24,327 nucleotides of DNA from an uncultured Fibrobacterales bacterium (lineage in GTDB: Bacteria; Fibrobacterota; Fibrobacteria; Fibrobacterales; CAWVXU01): contig CAWVXU010000036.1 of assembly GCA_963934255.1 (NCBI GenBank), forward strand, positions 1-24,327, read 5' to 3'. The position numbers and the translations under genes were made by a program. The notes under the pieces were generated by a model. The model made no database searches, was not told the origin of the DNA, and saw only the letters and a program-made list of their open reading frames with translations. Positions 1 through 7,636 of the stretch are shown here, piece by piece (the first letter of the stretch is position 1; every line of letters begins with the position of its first letter).

Positions 1-400
1 CAGCGGCAATCATCAAAGCATTACCTGATGTATCCACCCCTATCCCTTTAAACTGATATCCTTGTTCCAAATAATCTAGCAGAACACCTGTTGAGCAACC
101 TAGGTCAATGATAGGTGAGCTTTTGGAAAATTGATGATTTACTTGTAGGATAATTGCTTCATAACAGGTGAGAATACGATCGACGTGACGGCTCAAAACA
201 AGATGAAACTCGATTTCTTTGTAGAGAGTATCATATAAATTACGACCTTCAAGTAGTCCAGTTTGAACGGCTTTGACTTGCTCTTCAAAGCGTTTAAACC
301 TCGAAGGGCCTAGTTCTTTTTTAATGGCATTTAACCATGTGACTTCACTTTTAAATTCCTGAAAACCTGCATCCTTCAAAAAAAGACTAAGCGGTTTCAA
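1..400 (-). CDS. Class I SAM-dependent methyltransferase (3' end outside window; not in the ORF track)
   Basis: Manual translation from TTG at 400 (GGAG 7 nt upstream) is open to the window edge: MKPLSLFLKDAGFQEF...IIDLGCSTGVLLDYLEQGYQFKGIGVDTSGNAL. It contains motif I (DLGCSTG) and the following acidic GVD.S motif. Overlaps the upstream gene by 14 nt. Confidence 0.85.
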   Translation of the reverse strand, partial: MKPLSLFLKDAGFQEFKSEVTWLNAIKKELGPSRFKRFEEQVKAVQTGLLEGRNLYDTLYKEIEFHLVLSRHVDRILTCYEAIILQVNHQFSKSSPIIDLGCSTGVLLDYLEQGYQFKGIGVDTSGNALMIAA

Positions 401-1388
401 TTTCGGACTCCGAACGTATTTTTTCTTTCAGAGCGCCTTTTCTTTTAAAGAAAATCCATCCGCCAATGAGTGAAGGAATAAAGGCACACATAAGTGCAAG
501 AACCTGAATCAAAATCGCATCTCCCGCATTGACGGCCACAAGCATAAATAACGCCTGAGCAATATATTCTCGAGGCCCAAAGCCTGCAAACGAAATAGGT
601 AAAGCCGAGACAATCCCAATCATAGGGATAAAGTAGAGGTAATAAATGAGGTCTATTTCAACACCTATACTTAGACCTACGAGATAATGAACATAAATAC
701 GAACAAACTGTATCCCCAAAGAGAATCCCAAAAGTTTCAGCACTAGGTGGTTTTTCCTATAATTCACAAAACGCTCAAAGACGATTCCTAACTTATCCGC
801 CACTGGCCCTAAAAACGAGAAAAACCCGAGTAATTTTAATAGCAATCGAGAAAGTCTCTTTGAAAATAAAATCGCAAAGAAAATACTCAAACAAAGTGCA
901 ATCCAAGTACTCGGCCAAATTAAAATTTGTAGTTTATCATGGTTGAAAAAATAAACCCAGCCCACAATTAAGGCGAAACCATTAATAATAAAAAGCCCAA
1001 AAATACGGTCAAACAAAGTAGCCACAAGTGCTTCTTTCCATTGATTTTTTTGTCGATGTAAATCGACAACCTTTTGGACATCACCACCTGCATTGCCTAG
1101 TAAGAAGTGATTAAAGAAAAGACCCACGAAGTAGTTTTTGAAACTCGTCGCCCACGAAATTGAAATCCCTTGATAGACAAGAAGTTTATGCCATTGAAAT
1201 GCAGAACCTACAAAACTAAAACCATTTAAAACTACGGCCATTGCGAATATAGATAGGTTAATATCAAACAAGGTAGAGCGAAGCTCAACCCCGCCTTTAT
1301 CTACTTCAGCCCATGCATTTTGTAAGACCATCCAAATAAGGCCGACAGAAAAAACAAACTTGAGTAATGTCCATATGTGCTTGGTCAT
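387..1388 (-). CDS. UPF0104 / lysylphosphatidylglycerol-synthase-TM (flippase-like) membrane protein
   Basis: Polytopic hydrophobic protein with family-type segments YFVGLFFNHFLLGNAGGD, DRIFGL and LPISFAGFGPRE. ATGA overlap with the GT4 gene at 1385-1388. Confidence 0.85.
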   Translation of the reverse strand: MTKHIWTLLKFVFSVGLIWMVLQNAWAEVDKGGVELRSTLFDINLSIFAMAVVLNGFSFVGSAFQWHKLLVYQGISISWATSFKNYFVGLFFNHFLLGNAGGDVQKVVDLHRQKNQWKEALVATLFDRIFGLFIINGFALIVGWVYFFNHDKLQILIWPSTWIALCLSIFFAILFSKRLSRLLLKLLGFFSFLGPVADKLGIVFERFVNYRKNHLVLKLLGFSLGIQFVRIYVHYLVGLSIGVEIDLIYYLYFIPMIGIVSALPISFAGFGPREYIAQALFMLVAVNAGDAILIQVLALMCAFIPSLIGGWIFFKRKGALKEKIRSESEIETA

Positions 1389-2509
1389 TCAATTATCTCG
1401 CTAATGAGTTTTTCTGTTTCAAGTGCACATCGATCCCAGGTAAAATTTTTAGCCCATAGAAAAGCTTGTTCTTCAAGTGAAGAAAGTTCTTCAGGGTTTT
1501 CAACTATGTAGGTTAGTTTTTCAGCAAGACTATCTGAGTCACCAAAATCATATAAAAAACCTGTTTTTTTGTCCTGTACACTATCAACAAGCCCCGGTGC
1601 ATTATTAGCAACAACGATTGTGTTAACACTATTAGCTTCAATGACAGTAAGCCCCCAACCCTCTTTATAACTCGTTTGAATTAAGGCTTTGGCGTGTTTA
1701 ATCCATTTAAATTTCGTTATCTCATCCACATATCCTAAGAAATGAATACGGTTTCGAACTTTACTCAATTTAACTTTTTCTTTGAGGCGACTAGCATCTG
1801 GCCCAGAGCCTGCGATGTATAGATCATGAATGCCATCATCTTCACAGAATTTTTCAAAACCATCAATAGCATCATCAATACCCTTATACCTTTGGAGACG
1901 TCCTAACCAAATGAAATATGGCTTAACCAAAGAAGGCATAAACTCTTGACCTAACTCATCTTGATTGTCTTTCAACCAATCCCATTGAAACCCATTATGG
2001 ATAGTGGTCACCTTTTTGGGATTGATACTATATTCATGAAGTTCTTTGGTAGTCGATTCACTTACAGAACAAAAAGGGACTCGGTGGTAAAAAAACCTTA
2101 AACTTTGTTCCATCGTCCATACTAACAAAGCAACAGCAAAGTTTGATTCTTTGAAAATTGACTTTTTCCACAAATGATGGACTTGAATTAATTTGGGTTG
2201 CCCATGGAGTAGCTTACTAAAAAATGGTAATTTATTAAAATCTTCAACTACAATGTCTGGTTCGTATTCACGAATCCAAGATCTTAACTTAATGATACAC
2301 TGAAGCTGAAAGAACGAATCTCCACCGTGCCTGAATACTTCTATACCCTTAAGAGTCTCAAAGTCACTCCCCCCATCAAAGCCAGAGCAATGTAATCTAA
2401 CTTTATGACCTTTGGCTACAAGTCTTGAATAGACTTGAAAAAGCCTTATTTCTGCTCCACCAACTTGAGGATGGCTAAGGTCACGCCAATTCAAAATAAG
2501 AATTTTCAA
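1385..2509 (-). CDS. Glycosyltransferase family 4 (GT-B)
   Basis: N-terminal NWRDLSHPQVGGAE, GRLQRYKG and the EX7E motif EGWGLTVIE. TTG start overlaps the upstream stop (TTGA, 2506-2509). Confidence 0.93.
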   Translation of the reverse strand: MKILILNWRDLSHPQVGGAEIRLFQVYSRLVAKGHKVRLHCSGFDGGSDFETLKGIEVFRHGGDSFFQLQCIIKLRSWIREYEPDIVVEDFNKLPFFSKLLHGQPKLIQVHHLWKKSIFKESNFAVALLVWTMEQSLRFFYHRVPFCSVSESTTKELHEYSINPKKVTTIHNGFQWDWLKDNQDELGQEFMPSLVKPYFIWLGRLQRYKGIDDAIDGFEKFCEDDGIHDLYIAGSGPDASRLKEKVKLSKVRNRIHFLGYVDEITKFKWIKHAKALIQTSYKEGWGLTVIEANSVNTIVVANNAPGLVDSVQDKKTGFLYDFGDSDSLAEKLTYIVENPEELSSLEEQAFLWAKNFTWDRCALETEKLISEIIE

Positions 2510-3786
2510 CTATCATCACCATATGTGATGTAGGATTTTTGTAAAATGAGGTCTCGGTTTTTAGTCAACTCATTTAACAATGGAATTTGCTTTGGAAATT
2601 TAATTGTTTTTGATTTTTGAATTTTCCAAGCTCTCATTATCCATTTTTGAGCTTCTACCCAGCGATCATCTCGAGCAAGACAAGCTGCATAGGTGTCTAA
2701 CAATGCAGGGCTGGCCCAATCACTATTTTGATTTATTTTCAAAGCAATACTTGTTCCTTTAACTATATCCCAATGCTTATAATTATCAGAACCACAATAA
2801 AGCATCGCTTGTAGATTTAAAGCCTTAGGCTGATTGTCTTTCACTGAACGGATAATTCTATAGGCGACATCGTGAGATTTGTACTTAATATCGTACATCC
2901 CCATATAGATTTCAGCTAACATCACTTGACTCATGTCTTGAGGGTCGTCTTTTAGAATCTTAATCATTTCATCAAGTGGTTGAACCATAATATTACGGCT
3001 CAACTGGAGATAAACAAGAAGCCACTTGGTCAATTGATCGTCGGTACTAGAGAGTTCTTCAAAGCGTTCTTGCGCTGCAAGGTCATTTCCGGCATCAAGA
3101 TCATTTTCGATTTGAACAAGCTGCCATCTTGCATCCAATGGAAAAGCGTATGCCGTACTGAGAATTAAAAGACTCATGCCCACATAAAAATGAGGTACAA
3201 TATGAACTCTTTTTTCTTTTACCACATATCTCATCAATCGCCATAAAAAAGCAAACAATCCGCCAATTAAGAATTGAATATGACCAATTTGAGAGGCTAA
3301 ACTATCTGGGTTTTGACCATAATAAAGCAAATAGAGTAGTAGCACGAAAAATAAATAAATAGATGCCCTAAATGAGCTAGAGCTTAATTTTGGATATTTA
3401 CCTGTCATCTTAAGAATCAGTAACAAACCCAATAGCCCATTGGATCCAAAATTGGTGAATTCAAACATAAGATTGATGAGTTGCGGCACAGCAAAGAACA
3501 CAACAAGAATCAGAGCAATGTATTCGTATTTGCCATAACGGCGTTCAAAAGGAACACCAAGAAGCATAATGGCTAGAACATTCATCAAAAAATGCTGCCA
3601 ATCATAAAAAAGAAAGCCCTGAATAAGAACAATCCAAAAATCACCATTCCAGATTTGAGTCAAGGAATAGTCAAATTCAGTGAGAGAATAGCCAAATGAT
3701 AACTGCAAACCAAAGGCTAAAAAAAGTAAATAACCAACAATGGCATTGACCGGATTTTTGGAAAAATTGAATATATTTGGAATCAT
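2506..3786 (-). CDS. Rhomboid-like membrane domain (degenerate catalytic motifs) fused to a C-terminal TPR-like domain
   Basis: WQHFLMNVLAIMLLGVPFERRYG matches the rhomboid H-x3-N...G..E...G pattern; GSNG lies at the GxSG position; H169 is present. C-terminal ALNLQAMLYC...LLDTYAACLARDDRWVEAQKW resembles the NNLAW...LDTLAAAYA TPR-type motif. Confidence 0.75.
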   Translation of the reverse strand: MIPNIFNFSKNPVNAIVGYLLFLAFGLQLSFGYSLTEFDYSLTQIWNGDFWIVLIQGFLFYDWQHFLMNVLAIMLLGVPFERRYGKYEYIALILVVFFAVPQLINLMFEFTNFGSNGLLGLLLILKMTGKYPKLSSSSFRASIYLFFVLLLYLLYYGQNPDSLASQIGHIQFLIGGLFAFLWRLMRYVVKEKRVHIVPHFYVGMSLLILSTAYAFPLDARWQLVQIENDLDAGNDLAAQERFEELSSTDDQLTKWLLVYLQLSRNIMVQPLDEMIKILKDDPQDMSQVMLAEIYMGMYDIKYKSHDVAYRIIRSVKDNQPKALNLQAMLYCGSDNYKHWDIVKGTSIALKINQNSDWASPALLDTYAACLARDDRWVEAQKWIMRAWKIQKSKTIKFPKQIPLLNELTKNRDLILQKSYITYGDDS

Positions 3787-3880
3787 AGCCCATATTTTAA
3801 AAAATTACCGCTAGAAATCACCAAGAAACTCAAACTTTTAAATGATTTTAAGAAATAGTTTGCTTTTTTCCTTCTCAAAA

Positions 3881-3909
3881 TTGATTTTTGATGTGACATT
3901 CAGTATAAT
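3881..3909 (+). promoter_or_regulatory. Putative sigma-70 promoter for the sigma factor gene
   Basis: TTGATT (3881-3886), 17-nt spacer, TATAAT (3904-3909), 83 nt upstream of ATG 3993. Confidence 0.6.
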
Positions 3910-3992
3910 CACTGCTATATGCTTTGAAATCGCTTTTCAAAGCTAAACTAATTTAGTAGGTTGCGCAGTGCAACGAATAATAAGGAAGCTTA

Positions 3993-4805
3993 ATGCATTT
4001 TGATTCCAATGATGATACGCTACGCCGCTATCTCGATGATATACGGAAAACAGCTCCACTAGAGCGTCGTGAAGAACAAGAACTTTTCCGTCTAGCAAAG
4101 TCGGGCAACAAGCACGCTCGCGCTAAACTCATCTCTGCTAACATGAGATTTGTTCTAAAAGTAGCGATTCAGTATCGTGGATGTCCAATTCCACTGCCTG
4201 ACCTCGTTTCTGAGGGTGCAATGGGACTTGTGCGCGCTATTGAAAGTTTTGACTACTCACGTGGTCTTAAATTTATTTCGTACGCCGTTTGGTGGATTAA
4301 AGCCTATATCACACGGGCTATTAATGAAAATGGTAGCTTGATTCGATTACCTGCTAACCAGCATTTGCGCGTACGTAAAGCACTTAAAGAGCAATCTAAA
4401 GGCAAAGATATTGATGAAGACATCAGAGAGTTGATTCAACTCGGCGAACGTGGTGTTTCTTTTGATTCACCACTTAAGTCTGATACTAAAACCACTTTTT
4501 CTGAAATTTTAGCTGATAACAAGGCACTTAGCCCTGAAGCTGAATCTGAGATTGGTAATGTAGAAACATTAACTGTTGAATTACTTAACCAACTTCCAGA
4601 CCGTGAATCTCGAGTAATTGCTGGAATTTTTGGAATTAACCAGGAAGCACCACAAACCCTTCGTGAAGTCGGGGAATCTATGGGGATTTCACACGAACGC
4701 GTGCGCCAATTACGTGACCAAGCGCTTCGTCGCATCCGCAAGATGAATTCTAAAGAATATCTTAAAGAAAAATATGACGGATTCTTGGACGCTGTCAAAA
4801 ACTAG
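3993..4805 (+). CDS. RNA polymerase sigma-70 factor, RpoD/SigA-like, lacking region 1.1
   Basis: Region 1.2 LRRYLDDI, region 2 DLVSEGAMGLVRAIESFDYSRGLKFISYAVWWI, region 4.2 TLREVGESMGISHERVRQ. Only 270 aa. SD TAAGGA upstream. Confidence 0.95.
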   Translation: MHFDSNDDTLRRYLDDIRKTAPLERREEQELFRLAKSGNKHARAKLISANMRFVLKVAIQYRGCPIPLPDLVSEGAMGLVRAIESFDYSRGLKFISYAVWWIKAYITRAINENGSLIRLPANQHLRVRKALKEQSKGKDIDEDIRELIQLGERGVSFDSPLKSDTKTTFSEILADNKALSPEAESEIGNVETLTVELLNQLPDRESRVIAGIFGINQEAPQTLREVGESMGISHERVRQLRDQALRRIRKMNSKEYLKEKYDGFLDAVKN

Positions 4806-4826
4806 AGAACACGCATTATAGAAAAT

Positions 4827-4858
4827 GAAAATGACAGTACCGAGGTACTGTCATTTTC
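4827..4858. terminator. Probable bidirectional intrinsic terminator
   Basis: Perfect inverted repeat GAAAATGACAGTACC-GA-GGTACTGTCATTTTC between two convergent genes. Confidence 0.8.
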
Positions 4859-4903
4859 TATTCAATGCTGAGTTCAATTAAAATATTTTCAGTTTAAGCT
4901 TAA

Positions 4904-6148
4904 TTAGAAAGCCTGCAGAAAATCATTCACTAAATCTTGACTATCTTCAATTCCAGTGGAGACACGAATGAGTCCGTCCCTCACCCCCATTGAAGCTCTC
5001 CGCTCTGCACCCATTTCGTAAAAAATTGTGTGAGCAACAGGAATCACTAAAGTCCGGGTATCTCCTAAATTTGAACTTGAAATAGCCAATTGTAAATTAT
5101 CTAAAAAATCAAAACAATCCACCGATTCAACTAATTCAAAACTCATCAAAGCACCAAAGTCACGAAATAACTCTTTGGCGAGTTGATGTTGAGGGTGAGA
5201 TTCTAATCCTGGATAATAAACCTTAGCTACCTTCGGGTGAGCGTCTAAAGCTTGAGCCAATTTCATGGCATTTGAGCAAGCTCGGTCTAATCTGAGAGAT
5301 AAAGTATCCGACCCCACTGAAATTTGGTGAGCTGCGTCAGGAGATAAGGATGACCCAAAATCTCTGAGTGACTTTTTGCGCAGTTGAAAAAGGCCCCATT
5401 GCTTCTCAGGAAACTTTTTGTAGTCATCGTCAATGTTAGGGTATTTGGTCCAATCAAATAAGCCAGTATCAGTTATTGCACCACCTAGCGCATTGCCATG
5501 TCCCCCTATATATTTAGTGAGACTATTGACTATCAGCCCAGCCTGAACATCAGCTGGTTGAAATAAATAAGGTGAAGTGATCGTATTATCTACGACAAAT
5601 AAAATTCCTCTAGAAACACAAAGTTCACCAATAGCCTTCAGATCAGCAATCTGAGTTGCTGGGTTGGCGATAGTTTCTGCGAAGACAAATCGAGTATTCT
5701 CTTTGATTTTGCTTTCGACCTCTGCTACAAAGCAACTATCCACAAAATCAACTTGTATACCCATTTTGGTGAAGGTATTAAATTGAGAAATGGTATTACC
5801 AAACAAAAATGAACTAGAAATGAAATGATCACCTTGAACAAGTAAAGATTGTAATAAACAACCAATAGCGCTCATCCCAGTACTAAAAGCAATTGTACCA
5901 AGAGACTTCTCCATTTTAGTGATTTTGACTTCAAGCGCTTCCACAGTAGGGTTGGCTTGACGAGCATAAGCATAGCCTTTGCCCTTACCTTGAAAGACAT
6001 CCGCAAGAGCTTTTGAGTCTTCAAAACCATAAGCGACACTCTTGTGAATCGACTTATGTAAAGCGCCGTGTTCAGGTTTGCCTAGACGCCCAGAATCGCC
6101 TAAACGATCACTATGAAGATTTGTCGTTGTAAAGCCTAAGTCTGACAT
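4904..6148 (-). CDS. Cys/Met metabolism PLP-dependent enzyme (cystathionine gamma-synthase / O-acylhomoserine sulfhydrylase family)
   Basis: YARQANPT, FSTGMSAI, ETIANP, VVDNT, PLP-lysine motif SLTKYIGGHG, NLGDTRTL and IRVSTGIE. SD GAGG upstream. Confidence 0.93.
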   Translation of the reverse strand: MSDLGFTTTNLHSDRLGDSGRLGKPEHGALHKSIHKSVAYGFEDSKALADVFQGKGKGYAYARQANPTVEALEVKITKMEKSLGTIAFSTGMSAIGCLLQSLLVQGDHFISSSFLFGNTISQFNTFTKMGIQVDFVDSCFVAEVESKIKENTRFVFAETIANPATQIADLKAIGELCVSRGILFVVDNTITSPYLFQPADVQAGLIVNSLTKYIGGHGNALGGAITDTGLFDWTKYPNIDDDYKKFPEKQWGLFQLRKKSLRDFGSSLSPDAAHQISVGSDTLSLRLDRACSNAMKLAQALDAHPKVAKVYYPGLESHPQHQLAKELFRDFGALMSFELVESVDCFDFLDNLQLAISSSNLGDTRTLVIPVAHTIFYEMGAERRASMGVRDGLIRVSTGIEDSQDLVNDFLQAF

Positions 6149-6211
6149 GTAACCTCGCTTAAATTTCTATCTTATCTAAAATAGCTAATTCCCACACAAG
6201 CCGAAAAAATC

Positions 6212-6757
6212 ATGCATTTAGAACCACAAATTATTTATCCTGGACAATTTCTACTCGCCACAGAGCTTCTAGATGGAACTGATTTTGAAAAAGCAGTGAT
6301 TTTGCTTTTGGATCACGATGAAAAAGAAGGCAGTTATGGGATTGTGATTAATAATCATTCTCACATCCCCCTTAATGAAGTTTTTTCCGGTCTACCTCAC
6401 AATGATTGGAAAACTGAGCCGTTTTTCTTGGGTGGCCCCGTGGATGATTCAAAAGTTCAAATTCTTCAATTATCAAAAAGCCTCACAATAGAGCCTCAAG
6501 AGCTATTGCCAGGTATTTATATGGGTGGTCGTGTTGAAAATTCTCTGACTGCTATGGAAGAGATGCTTTTCTCTGATCATTCACGATTAATCTTAGGGTA
6601 TAGTGGTTGGGGTATCGGTCAGCTGAGCCAAGAACTATCAAAAGGCGCTTGGAAGGTTTATTCCACAAATCCATTAAAAGTGTTGAATTGTCAAATTGAT
6701 GAACTAAAATTAAGCCCTGATGAATTTCAACATAAGTTTGAGGAATTGAGTGCATAA
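6212..6757 (+). CDS. YqgE/AlgH (DUF179) family protein
   Basis: GQFLLA, FEKAVILL, GSYGIVIN, GGPV and LGYSGWGIGQLSQELSKGAW are family signatures. Confidence 0.92.
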   Translation: MHLEPQIIYPGQFLLATELLDGTDFEKAVILLLDHDEKEGSYGIVINNHSHIPLNEVFSGLPHNDWKTEPFFLGGPVDDSKVQILQLSKSLTIEPQELLPGIYMGGRVENSLTAMEEMLFSDHSRLILGYSGWGIGQLSQELSKGAWKVYSTNPLKVLNCQIDELKLSPDEFQHKFEELSA

Positions 6758-7622
6758 CGCTTTACAACAAGTCAGCGTCGACATCCCAAATAATCAGATT
6801 TATGGTTTTTCTATATCTGGTCTTGCGACTTATATGCAGATGCCTGAACTTGACATTTGTTTTGATATGGGAGAATGCCCCCTTTCAGCTGTGAAACTCA
6901 ATCATGTTTTTTTGAGTCACGCACATGGAGACCACAGTCGTTGTTTGATGCGCCATAATTCACTCAGACGAATGATGGGAATTGAAAAGCCCTCTATATA
7001 CTACATGCCAGAATATCTTGTGGAATCCGCCAAGAATTGGATACGCGCTGAGGCTATATTTGAAGGCGTCAAAGAGGAAAGAATCAAATTACCTCAGATA
7101 GTTGGATTAAAAGAAGGTGAAGATTCAATTCATCTAAAATACCGTAAGGACTTGAAAGTCAAGGCTTTTGAAGTTAAACACAGCGTCCCAGCTCAAGGTT
7201 TCACTATATATGATTTTAAGAAGAAACTCAAAGAAGAATATCACGGTAAAAATCCTAGTGAATTAATTGAGTTAAGAGAATCAGGTGTCACACTTGAAAA
7301 AGAAGTGGAATCACCTCGTGTGACATTTATTGGCGATTGCTTGGCTGAAAGTTTGTTTGACCACCCTCATATTTGGGAATCTAAAATCCTCATATTAGAA
7401 TCAACATTTGTTGAAGATGATGATCTCATTATGGCTAAAGCCAAAGGTCATACCCATTTACAGGAAATAATTGAAGCTCTAGAGCAATTTGAATCTACAA
7501 TGAAAACTAAACATTTGATATTAAAGCATTTTAGTATGAAATATTCACGAGAACATGTACTTCGAATAATTAGAAACACAGTACCTGATAGATTCCAGGA
7601 TATGATACACGTATTTGTATAA
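6750..7622 (+). CDS. Metallo-beta-lactamase-fold hydrolase, short TM-type tRNase Z-like
   Basis: HAHGDH (HxHxDH), GFSISG, FDMG.CP, KLKEEY arm motif, GD, LEST, HTH and HFSMKY. GTG start overlaps the YqgE gene by 8 nt. Confidence 0.8.
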   Translation: MHNALQQVSVDIPNNQIYGFSISGLATYMQMPELDICFDMGECPLSAVKLNHVFLSHAHGDHSRCLMRHNSLRRMMGIEKPSIYYMPEYLVESAKNWIRAEAIFEGVKEERIKLPQIVGLKEGEDSIHLKYRKDLKVKAFEVKHSVPAQGFTIYDFKKKLKEEYHGKNPSELIELRESGVTLEKEVESPRVTFIGDCLAESLFDHPHIWESKILILESTFVEDDDLIMAKAKGHTHLQEIIEALEQFESTMKTKHLILKHFSMKYSREHVLRIIRNTVPDRFQDMIHVFV

Positions 7623-7636
7623 AGGTGAACAATCAG

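Noticed and set aside
6149..7636. SAM or cobalamin riboswitch for the Met enzyme or the B12 radical SAM
   Set aside because: The intergenic gaps (63 bp and 14 bp) are too short and no consensus elements are visible.
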